From: Elsinoe ampelina
Taxonomy: Eukaryota
Reading direction: 5' to 3'
DNA length: 57,840 nt
NCBI GenBank assembly: GCA_010093995.1
Contig: ML992501.1
Location: forward strand, 2,871,194-2,929,033
Both the position numbers and the translations under genes were made by a program. The stretch's first letter is position 1, and every line of letters begins with the position of its first letter. Below are positions 47,492 to 57,840 of this stretch, piece after piece. Under the pieces are notes generated by a model. It did no database searches. It saw only the letters and a list, made by a program, of their open reading frames with translations, and was not told where the DNA came from.

Positions 47492-48176
47492 GGGCTCCCG
47501 GCTGCCTCGCCTTCTTATCCTCTTTTTCCCTTCAACCTGCCAAGTTGTCGAGTCGTTAACCCATGTGCGACAATAAATTGGTCTGACATAGCCTTGGGTA
47601 TCAAACCCACACCGATGAGCACACTGGCCGACGCCTCGGCACACTCATACATCAATCATTCAGAGGAAATTGCAGCCTCTTGGAGAATTTTCACCCTCAA
47701 ACACGGATCGAGACCTGCCAAGGATGCCGAACCCTAGCGCGCGTACTGATACGCCACGAGTGGTCACGCAGGGAGTGAAGGTGGCATACCGAGGCGGCCG
47801 AGGTTCAATAGAAAGATCTACTCCTGGTAAATAGCCCTTGTGCTTTAATCATTGGCACATTTTTTGTCCCTGTTTCAGCGCTTCCCCCGCAGTCTTCTCC
47901 ACGATGCTGCATGTTCCTGCATGATTACAATCGAGTTGCACACTGCTTTCCCTTATCCCGCCTCGGCTTATTCCATACCACCCTACCATAGCTCTGCGAA
48001 GATGCACGCCATGACGGTGAATCGGTCGACTCCACTTTCCAGATTTCATGATCATAGAGACCCAGAAGCCCTATTTCGCCTCGGCATCTTCATGGCTCAG
48101 CAAGATATAAAGAGTCACGATCCTCGTCTCCAAGAGGTGGCAGACAGATTCGACTCTCCAATCTGATAGGAACATC

Positions 48177-48934
48177 ATGAAGACCTTTACCGTCCTCCTT
48201 GCGGCTCTGACCGCTTCTGCCACTGCCCAACTTTTCCCTCCTTCTCCTTCAGGTTGCCCAGTAGCACCAGATGTTGATACCGCCAATGGTGTTCCCATCA
48301 AGCCAGAGAACGTCCCTGCCGGATGCAATGACTTTGAGGTTCTCGTTGGTATGTTGTTGCCTGATCAGTACCTGGTATTGACTTGGCTGACTGTCCAGCT
48401 CGCGGTACTGGTGAGCCCGATTTCGCTCCAAGTGGCAGCTTCGGAGTTGTCGTAGGCGATCCAGTCATCTCCAACTTGACCAGGATTCTACCCAATGCTC
48501 GCGGGTACCCAGTCCAGTATCCGGCCAGCGCCTCCCTGCTCTCTCCTCGCCGCGGCTCCAGCGATGTCGTCGCTCGTCTCCGTCGTCAAAGCGCTGCTTG
48601 CCCCAATCAGAAATTCGCTCTCGTCGGCTACTCTCAAGGAGCAGTTGTGATGAGGTCTGCCGTCACTAGCCTGTCCACAACAATTCAGAACGAGATCGTT
48701 GCTGTCGTCTCTTTTGGCGACCCAGCTGAGCGTCAGGGAAGAGGCGAGGATTGGCCAGGTGTGCTTCGCAACAGGAACCTCCAGATCTGCGCGACAGAGG
48801 GGGGCGGTGATCCAGTCTGCAATGCCCAGGGCACTTGCATCTTCTTCCACCTGATCTATGTCCGACAAGAATTCATCGATAGAGCCGTCAGTTTCTTGAG
48901 CGCCGCTTTCAGAGGCCAGCCACTGCCACAGTGA
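48177..48934 (+). CDS. Secreted cutinase-family esterase (CE5)
   Basis: Signal peptide MKTFTVLLAALTASATA, ARGTGE, CPNQKFALVGYSQG, FGDP, GDPVC and HLIY; intron 48349-48399. Confidence 0.93.
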
Positions 48935-48998
48935 GCAAGAAACAGCAGGAACCCCACAACGACATTCCCACCTTCATAGCATCTGTACATAGCCCCAA

Positions 48999-49835
48999 TC
49001 AATCCTTCCCCTCCCCCTCCCCTCCCACCGGCTCCCAAGCCCTTCCCTCCCAAGTCAACCCCACCTCCTCCCCCTTCCCCTCACCATACTTCACCCCCAC
49101 CCCCACCCCAACCAACCTCTCCCCCGCCCTCCCATTCCACAAAACCTGCCTCACCCTCCCCTCCTTCTCAACAAACACAAACCCCAATGCGCCCCTCCCC
49201 CTCCTCACCGCCTCCCTCACCCCCTTCGTCGCCTCCCCCCTCGCAACCAACCACCCCATCGTCCCCTCCCCCTTCCACCCCGTCGGCGCCGACCCCAACG
49301 CCCCCTCCAATTCCCTCACGAATTGCGGCTTTGGTACTTCGGCTTTACACTGCACAATGACTTTGATTTCCTCGCTCGCGGAGAGGGATGGAGGCCTCCA
49401 CACGCCGAGGAGATCGATGCCGAGGTCCGAGGCGCCGCCTGTGCGGTGCAGGGTGAAGCCGAGGGAGCGTAGGGCGAGGAGGCAGGTGTATTCGTAGTGG
49501 GTGCCGATGTAGACTGTGCTGGTGGGGGAGAGGGAGGTGGTGCGGGCGTGGTGGAGGAAGGTGGGGAGGGAGTTGTGGAGGGAGGAAGGGGGGCGGGGAG
49601 GGGGTGTGGGTGGTGGGAGAGGGGTGAGGCGGGGACGGCCGCGTTTCTTTGGCGGAGGAGTCTGGGTTGCAGATGGCGGGGAAGGATGGACGGTTTCGGC
49701 TTGGGTGCCAGGAGGGGTGGTCTTTGTGGAAGCTTGTCGGCGTGGGAGGTGGTGGGAGCTACATGTTGGCGGTGGAAGATGTGGTGATGCTGGGAATGCT
49801 TTGCTCAGGTTTTTGCAAGCCTGGCCCCGGAACAT
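48999..49835 (-). CDS. RRG7: Mitochondrial RRG7/DUF2034-like protein (PD-(D/E)XK nuclease-like fold)
   Basis: GTHYEY...LGFTLHRTGGASDLGIDL...VIVQCKA...VRELEG, after a basic Ser/Thr/Pro-rich presequence-like N-terminus (ATG at 49835). Confidence 0.8.
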   Translation of the reverse strand: MFRGQACKNLSKAFPASPHLPPPTCSSHHLPRRQASTKTTPPGTQAETVHPSPPSATQTPPPKKRGRPRLTPLPPPTPPPRPPSSLHNSLPTFLHHARTTSLSPTSTVYIGTHYEYTCLLALRSLGFTLHRTGGASDLGIDLLGVWRPPSLSASEEIKVIVQCKAEVPKPQFVRELEGALGSAPTGWKGEGTMGWLVARGEATKGVREAVRRGRGALGFVFVEKEGRVRQVLWNGRAGERLVGVGVGVKYGEGKGEEVGLTWEGRAWEPVGGEGEGKD

Positions 49836-50102
49836 GAAAGGAGATACGGTGAAGCAGAAGCGAGATGTTGTTGTTTTGCTCATGCACGGGATTGCAAAGG
49901 TGGACTGAAGGATCGGCAAACAATGACGGAGGTGTGGAGAGCTTTCAATGGCGTCGAACCGAGCTGGACTTTCTCTTCGACAACCAATGATGGCAACCAA
50001 AGCGGGGTCGTGCCCTTGGTGGTTGGCAATGTCGAATTTATGTAGGTAGAAAACCCGCTTTTCTCTTCGTCTATGATTCTTGAAGCGTGGTAAGGATATA
50101 CA

Positions 50103-51076
50103 ATGCCAAACACAAAGACAGTCCACGTCCCCCATCTAGGCGGCATTGATGCCGCCTACCAGATGCCTCACCCGTACGACCCCTCAAAGCCGACTCTGGT
50201 CATGGTCAACAGCTTCACGACCTCATCCGAGCTGTACAAACGGCAGTTCAAGAACGAAAAGCTAACGAGCAAGATGAACCTGATTGCCATCGAGCTCCTC
50301 GGACATGGCCAGACCAGGACCAAGAGCCTCCACTTCACGTATTGGGACACTGCAATCATGAACCTCCAAGTCATCGACGCCCTCGACATCAAAGGCAAGA
50401 TCTTCGTGCTCGGCACAAGTCAAGGAGGCTGGATCACGGTGCGAATGGCATTGCTAGCTCCAGAAAAGGTCTGTCAAGCTCCATCGCCCCCCTCTACCCG
50501 TCCCCTTGTTTCCCACCCCAACAACCTACCATACTAACCCTTGCAAAACAGATCACCGGCATCCTCCCACTCGGCACCTCAATGGACTACGAATCCCCCC
50601 GCTCCCTTCGCCTCGGATGCTGGGACGGCGTTGCCGCCACCACGCCCTCTATCAAGCACTGGACCGAGCACTCGCCCCCGGACTTCACTCCCGGCCCCGA
50701 CTTTGCCAACTTCCTCATCGACCAAGGCTTCGGCGAAGATGTGGCGCAAGAAGAGCGCGAGTTCTGGGTGCGTGAGATCGAGGAGAATTACCGCGGGGAT
50801 GACGGCAGGCAGAGGGCGAGGTTGGCGGCGATAAATCTGCGTGAGCGAGATGGCTTGCACGGGAGGTTGTGGGATGTCAAGTGTCCGGTGTTGTGGATGC
50901 ATGGGACGAAGGATGTGGTGTATACAGTGGCGAATGCCGAGGAAGAGATCAAGTTGTTTGTAAATAGTAAGGAGGCAAAGTTGAAGGTGATTGAGGGAGG
51001 GCGGCATTTCTTGAGCGCTAGTCACCCGGAAGAGGTGGAAGGGGCGGTGTTGGAATTTGTGGAGAGGTGGACTTGA
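50103..51076 (+). CDS. Alpha/beta-hydrolase
   Basis: ELLGHGQT, GTSQGG nucleophile, HGTKD and GGRHFL; intron 50469-50551. Confidence 0.9.
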
Positions 51077-51191
51077 CTGCATGGTGGGAGTAGGATGTGA
51101 AAGGACAAGAAGAGCCATGACGCTCATCCATTATTGACAGTACATAAACGCCAGAATTAAAGGGTATCCCCAGTCCGTATCTTCGTTTCGA

Positions 51192-51970
51192 CTACCTGAA
51201 TTTACTCACAATCACTGCGATGATCAGGATGACCAGTACCGTTATGATTGCCGCCGTAATAATCTTGTTAGTGGCCATTCTGGATCAGTCAGTTCGGAAT
51301 CTGTGGATTACCAAAGGATGTCTCATACCTACGCGCCATACCGCGCAGAGTCTTGTTGCTCCTGTCCGTATATCCCTCGCTTTCTAACAATGTTGACCGG
51401 GTATGCTCGATCGTCTCTCGTTGTCGGCTGAGATCCGCGAGTGTGTTTCGACCAATGTCCTCGGTCTCTAGCGCAACCCTTTGCGACTCCCTCAACCTCC
51501 CACTTGATCGCTCCAGCCTGTCTGTTCCCGAGAGCAGTTGTTGTCGTTGCTCGAGCTGATCATCTCCGGTCGGGTTGTCCCTGTAGCGCTTTCCAAATAG
51601 CGCACCTCTGTCACTTGACAAGCCCTCCAGCTTTCGCTTTGCGATGTCTACATCAGTTTGGAAATTCCTGAACTTTTGGTTGACCTTGCTCTTTTGACTT
51701 GCTGGGAGATTCTCTTTCTCTAGGCGCATCGAATCCAGCTGAAGACGTATCAGTGTCCATCGGTCTCCTCTTCCTAGTCAGTCAACTCACCAGCTCTTTG
51801 GCTTCCTCCAGCGCCCGCTCTGCCTGGCTGACAGCGGCTTTCCGAGGTTCACCAATGAGTTCTGGTATCTGATCGAGCTTCTGACTCAAATCTGCTTGGA
51901 CAAGCTTGAGTTCCGCTTCATAGTTGCTAAACAGCTCCGACCCAGCATCAGTATCGAGAGGGTTTGCCAT
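51192..51970 (-). CDS. VTI1: Qb-SNARE Vti1
   Basis: MANPLDTDAGSELFSNYE, EQRQQLLSGTDRL...ALETEDIG...RQRE, C-terminal TM IITAAIITVLVILIIAVIVSKFR*; two introns. Confidence 0.95.
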
Positions 51971-52585
51971 AGTGAAGGTTGACAGTGATGGCGATTGATT
52001 CGGTACTAATCGATAACAGAGCACCGGTGTAGGCTACTCTTTTCGTGATTCAAAGCGGATGATGAGAAGGTCTACATTTATCGAGGCAGACGTAGACGTT
52101 CCCAACCTCGCTATCCGCTCTCCGCAGGGCAGGCGCGCCGCCAATGCGTCATGTGATTGGCGCCAAGCGCCGATCGGTCCGATCCCCCGACATTCCCTTT
52201 GTTGAGGGCTTCTTGCTCCGGCGACTGTACATTCTATTCATGATTGCACAAACAAAGGTCACCCTCTTTGCATGAACGGTCCAATTATTTGGGGATGGAC
52301 TGGCTGTTTTGCTTGCTATGGTCACGCTGTCTATCTCATCGACTCTAGCTCTAGGCCACCATAACCGAGCTCTCTACCTCTCCACGTGTGGGTATCTTTC
52401 GTTTTCTCATAAGCCGTAATCGTCATCACTGGCTCCATCCCCCGAATACGCATGAAGAGCAACCTAGGATGAAGGCGACAGCATCGTTGGGTCTCAGTCT
52501 TGTTCCGTAGCTCTCCTCAATCCCGCCGGTGTCGCTGCTCAGAATCACCACCACTGCCAGACCTTTCTTACCCGGTGCCGTCTCT

Positions 52586-53320
52586 CTACCAGCGCAGTTC
52601 CTTGTACATGAATGCCCCTGCCGCAATCTGCATGGACACTTGAAGGATCCCTCCCGCCAATTTGATCTTCCACCCCAACTCCCCTTGACCATCGGGCACG
52701 TAGCGGTCACAGCAAGCCACCAAAACTGCTGCCAATATCTCGATGCTTTTACATGCCGCAATGCCTCTCATCAGTAGCTTCTTCGGATCCCTGCTCAGGG
52801 TGTGGACCATGGCACCCGTCTTCACCAGTATTGCGAGGACAGTGAAGAAGATGGTAGCGTAGCAGGTTTCCTTCAGAGCGAGCTCCAGGATGGCAGCCAC
52901 GGTCCCGAAGATGGCTGATAAGGAGCTGCCAGGCGCCAAGTAAATGAATCCCCAGAAAGGTTTCCGCTCGAGTGCTCCGCCTTCCTTGCGGCTGAAGCAT
53001 GATGCGACCAGGTCCAAAACGCAGCAAACCAGTTTTACCCATCTGACGCCCAACTTGTCGATACACAGGGCTTCCAAGATGATATGTACAATGTAGGCTA
53101 CGGAGACCAGGCCCATGAACACGATCGAGCGGATCTTGGCAGCTCTGGCATTTCCATCACTGGCCTTCTCCCTACATCCCTCATTGGCATAGGTGTCCCC
53201 ACTGTGTGTCGTCGATCGATTGTTGTCATTGGAAGGTGTCGCAGACGCTGAGACGCCTGTAGTCGCGCTGTCCTCGCTCGCAGGGTCCGGTCCATGGTAA
53301 GTGATTGATTGCTCCGGCAT
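52586..53320 (-). CDS. Hypothetical multi-pass membrane protein
   Basis: Polar N-terminus followed by about 4-5 hydrophobic segments. No family recognised; the 3' end may be spliced differently. Confidence 0.55.
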   Translation of the reverse strand: MPEQSITYHGPDPASEDSATTGVSASATPSNDNNRSTTHSGDTYANEGCREKASDGNARAAKIRSIVFMGLVSVAYIVHIILEALCIDKLGVRWVKLVCCVLDLVASCFSRKEGGALERKPFWGFIYLAPGSSLSAIFGTVAAILELALKETCYATIFFTVLAILVKTGAMVHTLSRDPKKLLMRGIAACKSIEILAAVLVACCDRYVPDGQGELGWKIKLAGGILQVSMQIAAGAFMYKELRW

Positions 53321-54382
53321 GGTGACAAGCAATCAACTCTGGTTTGTCGTGTGAAAGTGGATGGGAAGGAGTAAGAGAAGCATCGTTCCTGACTAAGAAG
53401 TCTCTCTGAGAGTCAAGATGGCCAAATGATGCGCTTGAAGCTGCGCCCCAGCTCTTTCACAGGCGAATGATGGAAGTTATGCGAGCAGCCGACCAGGCGA
53501 TAACGTGGCGTGTGAAAGACGGACTTCCCACACGGATTGAAGCTGAAGGCTTGACGCTCAGGGGCGAACGACCTACCTCCAGGACATCGCTATATTGGTA
53601 GCCGCTACAATTGATGCTTCGACACCTTTGTAAAGACCAAGCCATTCATGATCATGCAGGATATCAGTATTCAGACTGTCGAGGATCCTGCGAGCTGGTA
53701 GTTGGCGGTGACGAATACAGGGGTCCTATCTGATCATGGGGTTGCTACTGCTCTGGACCAGATGTCCTTGGGGTGGGAAACCCGGTCTCAAGACCCATAC
53801 CCTTCGTTGCAGTATGCACTCGAGTATCGAGACCACAGATTGACAGAGACCTGTTGTAGAGCAATTGCCCCGACCTGGGACAACCGATCCAGTAGACGCA
53901 CGAGACCCTGATTGATCGTTCATATCTGTCTTGGTCGCAAGCACAGGATGGCCTCCAAGCTACCGTTCGTCACAGATTTGCCACAACAGCATTCTAAGCT
54001 CTGCCCTCGGGTCGAGATTCCGGCCTCGATCAAAGTAATCTGGATCCTTCCTGTGTAGTTGCGGTTGGAGCATGTGCTAACAAGAGTTTAGCGCGTGTCA
54101 CATTTGCTAGCTGGCTATTTCACCGCTCATCACCTCATAGGGAATGCTCTATTTGCAACATGGCGAGGACAAAGAATGGTGCCAACCCAGCGCAATACGG
54201 CTTTGTCCTCATTCCACAACGCACCAGGACGAGACTTGAAGATACGTTCTCGGAGCACAAAGACTCGACACCCTCTTTGTCCGGATTCGTAATGGATAAG
54301 AAAAGGTGCTCCGGCTCCCTTTTGACGGACAAGCAAATCGATTCTCAAATCTATATTTCTACCATTATCTTCGATCGCCGCC

Positions 54383-55966
54383 ATGGGTCAGTCAGCGAGC
54401 AATTTAATAGAACCCATCGACAAGGCCGGCAAGCAAGTCCGGCTCTATGTTGAGACACGTTGGGGTGTTTTCACAGTCCTATCAGCCAAATTTCACGAAA
54501 AGGACGAATTACTGGTCGATCAAGCAATCAAGTTGATTCCATGCTACGGGGCGTTTGAGGAAGCCATAATGGACCACAACCACGACTCTGTCCCGGCTGT
54601 CGTCAAGAGCTTTCTGGACAATGCCCGAGACAAGCTCATGATGCTCAGCGCTGACGGTTGGCGCTCTCCACGAATGATGTGGATCCGCCACGACGGGAGC
54701 CAGATTTACACAGCATTCAAGAAGCGGCGTGGAGTCACGATCCAGCGTTGGTTTCAAACCTCTCAACAAACAGGGGGAGGCCTGCAGGTGATGCTGAACA
54801 TTGCCGGCTGGAACCCCCGCATAATTTCGCAATCGTTGGCGTCCAATGATGTCTGGGATGAGCTGGTCCCTCCTGTAACGGCCGGCTGGAAGGGAGATTG
54901 GGCTCTTGAGACCGAGCAAGCTCATGCTAGAGCCGTGGAGGCACGATATCCCGCTCAGACCGAGGCTCGTCGGAACTCGATTATGAAATTGCAAAAAGAC
55001 GGACTGGAGCAACTCATCGTCTTGCCGCCAGAGATTCAGCAGAGAGCGTTCTCACAGCTTCTGGATCGGTATAGGTATGTGGTTGATCTGCGGGTCAGGT
55101 CGTCCGTCCTGTCGCCATCTAGGCTTTGTGGGCGTCTTGCGTCACACGTAGAGGAAGAGTACTGTGGTACTGGTCTTCTAGAGGATGACGCGATTTTGGA
55201 AGCCTTTGCTGAGGCAGAGGTGGGTGCTCGAAAGCGGTGCACGCCGCTTTTCTTGTTCGATGCCGATGCCATAGCAGGAAAATCCGCAATAGACGACACA
55301 CCGGCGAATGACGGTGTGAACGAGCTTCTGCTTGCGAATCAACTCCTGCCGGAAGTCGAGGAGATCCATGTCGCAGTCATGGTCAGTTCGGACGATGAAT
55401 CATATAACGCCACTATCGTCGGCCAATGTCTGCGGAAATGTCTCCAACTGACACCGAACACGAACAAGATTAACTTGAGAATTTTCCTGAACGTTATCGA
55501 CTCCGCGAACCGCTACAAACATACCAAGATACTAGCGGCATGGCCATGGCGCGAAAAGCTCGGTCTCACACAGTCCATCAATGCCGAGGCGTACGAGTAT
55601 GAGGTCTGCAAGGTACCCAGTCTCGACCCCGAAAGCAAACACACACATGCTCTCACACACGTGTATCCCAGCACTCATCCGATGAGGGCAAGTCACATAT
55701 TCTGGGCTGAAGACTATCTTGGACTCGTCGATTGTGCTTTGGGAAAGCCAACACCAAGAGATGTGCTCGAGCCGCTCGAACATGTCTACATGCATCGTCG
55801 TCGCCATGTGTTGCATGCGTGGGCGACATGTGAGACGGAGCTTCTTTTCCAGACGTTGCGGGTATATACGCCATGTTCGATTGTCGCTGGGGAGTACGAG
55901 CAATGCAGGTGTCAGGAGGAGAGAATTGCCCCCAAGGTTGTGGAGGGACGACTTGTCGACTTGTGA
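54383..55966 (+). CDS. Hypothetical 527-aa protein with N-myristoylation-type start (MGQSAS)
   Basis: Long uninterrupted ORF with globular-type composition; no recognised domain. Confidence 0.65.
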   Translation: MGQSASNLIEPIDKAGKQVRLYVETRWGVFTVLSAKFHEKDELLVDQAIKLIPCYGAFEEAIMDHNHDSVPAVVKSFLDNARDKLMMLSADGWRSPRMMWIRHDGSQIYTAFKKRRGVTIQRWFQTSQQTGGGLQVMLNIAGWNPRIISQSLASNDVWDELVPPVTAGWKGDWALETEQAHARAVEARYPAQTEARRNSIMKLQKDGLEQLIVLPPEIQQRAFSQLLDRYRYVVDLRVRSSVLSPSRLCGRLASHVEEEYCGTGLLEDDAILEAFAEAEVGARKRCTPLFLFDADAIAGKSAIDDTPANDGVNELLLANQLLPEVEEIHVAVMVSSDDESYNATIVGQCLRKCLQLTPNTNKINLRIFLNVIDSANRYKHTKILAAWPWREKLGLTQSINAEAYEYEVCKVPSLDPESKHTHALTHVYPSTHPMRASHIFWAEDYLGLVDCALGKPTPRDVLEPLEHVYMHRRRHVLHAWATCETELLFQTLRVYTPCSIVAGEYEQCRCQEERIAPKVVEGRLVDL

Positions 55967-56307
55967 TGTTAGACAGTCGGAGGATTGCAGGTGGTCGACA
56001 TGTATAGACCATATCGAATGATCTACTCATAGCCATGCGTCGACCGAGAATGTCCTTCCCATTGCGAGAGTTCGTGAGCAAAATGGAATGAGTACCATCG
56101 AACAAAGAGACTGGTCAACTAGATGCCTCGCCGGATGCGGCGATCGACTGTCAACGAGTCAACCATGGCTTTTCGACAAGTCAGACTCCAGTATGTTTGC
56201 GTCGTGTCAATGAGCTGCCGTGATGGATGGGAAGCTGAGCATGAAGATCCTCAGCAAACACAAGCACGTGACTGCGGCTGGCGAGCCTTGGCATTTCCCC
56301 TCCCTCC

Positions 56308-56449
56308 TGTTGTAACTAGCAAATCGGATCGAGAGACGTGTGTTTCATTCAGAGAGTTACAATAACCGATTTATCTACTGTGCGTGTGCTGACTTATTAG
56401 TACCAGTTCTTTAGTACTAGAGAAGCTATACTAGCCTTCTATTACAACA
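56308..56449 (-). mobile_element. 142-bp long terminal repeat (3' LTR of a minus-strand LTR retroelement)
   Basis: Bounded by perfect 8-bp inverted ends TGTTGTAA (56308-56315) and TTACAACA (56442-56449). Directly preceded on the minus strand by the polypurine tract AGAGGGGGAG (56459-56450). Confidence 0.85.
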
Positions 56450-57840
56450 CTCCCCCTCTAGTATAGATTACTAAAGCTAGAGAACTGTCCTATTACATGT
56501 AAGTAAAGTAATTAGCTTATTACTTTATCTCTTTATAATTGCTTATAATTGTTAGTGTTAGCTAATTATTAGTAAGAATTTACTATTAGTTTAGCTTATA
56601 ATTACTAGCAACAATAGTAACTATTAACAATAGCTAGGCAGCTATTGTTTATATAAATAGACTAGCTTATAAGTCTTAATTAAAGAGATATAAGTATCTA
56701 ACTAGCCTCTTTATAATTTCTCTTTCCTTTATTATACTTATAGTAGTAGCCTTTTCTTTTATATAATACTTTTACCTTCTTACTATGCTATATTAATAAT
56801 ACTTATAACATAAGTACTATAGTGTAGTAATAGCTAGGCATTAGTAGTATTACTACTAGTGCTAGTGCTCTAAGTAGTCTACTAGGTAGCGGAGGTAGTA
56901 GCAAGAAGAGAAATTCTCTATTAAGGTTACCTAGTACTTCTAATATTAATTATAATACTACTATAAGACTAATTACTTATCTTAATACTCTTAGTAAGTA
57001 GCTATAAAGCATTAATAGCATAAGCTAACATTAATAGCCTAATTAACTTAGACTTTAACTTAATAGTTAGCCGACATAATCTAGAATACTCTCCTTAGGC
57101 TTAGAATAATTAGTTATTATAACTATACTAACTTATATCCTATCTAGAGGTCTATAGTAGTCTAGGCCTTTAGTACCTATAGTATACACCTAGTAGTTAC
57201 TAATCCTATTCTAGTTAAGGATCTAACTAAGTAAGTTAACCTTACTAGATCTACTAACTACTCTACTACTTTAATAGCTTCTAGTGCTACTAGTAGAGTA
57301 GTCTACTATAGCACTAATTACTATACTAAGTATTAGGGATCTAACCCTAGTAATAATTAGAGCAAGGGTAAGAGTAGTAAGTTTAGTAAGTGTATTACTT
57401 TGCCTAGTTAGCTTAATAAGGCCTACACTTACTATGCTTATAGTAACTAATATGCTAGATATTCCTTAGCTAACTATACTCTAACTCTAAGGCCTATTAG
57501 CTCTCCTAAACCTATAAGGACTCCGAGTAGCTTAAGGGTTATTACCTAGCCTATTTTATATAGCCTAACACATCTACTAATAGAGCTCCTAAGGTCTATC
57601 TCTTTTAGTAGTACTTTGCCTTAGAGGTTCTTACTAAGGGCCTATATACTAGAGGCATTATTAGGTATAGTTAACACCTTAATAACTTATACTAACTCTT
57701 GCTACTTTATAGTAGTCCCTATAAACTTTATAGATCCTACTAACCTAATTGCTACTAAGGTTCGTAACTTAGCTACTATAGTAACAAACTATATAGTAGA
57801 GCTTATAAGAATTATAGCTACTAGCTACCCTAGTTAGCTT
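56450..57840 (-). mobile_element. RIP-degenerated interior of an LTR retroelement, continues beyond window
   Basis: Abrupt switch to AT-rich DNA saturated with TpA/TAG/CTA and depleted of CpA/TpG, no ORF of 60 aa or more, contiguous with the PPT and LTR. Confidence 0.85.

Noticed and set aside
48999..49835. Restriction-endonuclease-like motif as a horizontally acquired defence gene
   Set aside because: Fits the conserved fungal mitochondrial RRG7/DUF2034 family, with host-like composition.

Overview
Eukaryotic, intron-containing DNA from a filamentous ascomycete (Pezizomycotina; short CTRAC-branch introns, a cutinase and RIP-scarred repeat DNA suggest a plant-associated species). The first ~56.3 kb is gene-dense, with about 24 genes. 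Most are conserved housekeeping genes: TGS1, ubiquitin-AN1 zinc finger, acetyl-CoA synthetase, RPS6/RPL3 head-to-head, chitin synthase, POM33, CDC3-type septin, EXO70, cPLA2-like, group III G-alpha, RRG7-like and VTI1. Secreted or metabolic enzymes sit among them: M43 metalloprotease, SurE phosphatase, P450, MFS transporter, two alpha/beta hydrolases, DPP III and cutinase. The last ~1.5 kb is a 142-bp LTR with polypurine tract and a heavily RIP-mutated retroelement interior. The most unusual part is an accessory island at ~2.4-9 kb. It holds a ~1,124-codon Upf1-like SF1 helicase frame broken by one in-frame TAG and ending in a UBA-like segment. It also holds a ~72-bp-period array of palindromic CTGGTAGT-N14-ACTACCAG units. 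That octamer occurs at least 25 times in the window by manual count, against about 2 expected. All gene calls come from motif recognition by eye; no database searches were run.
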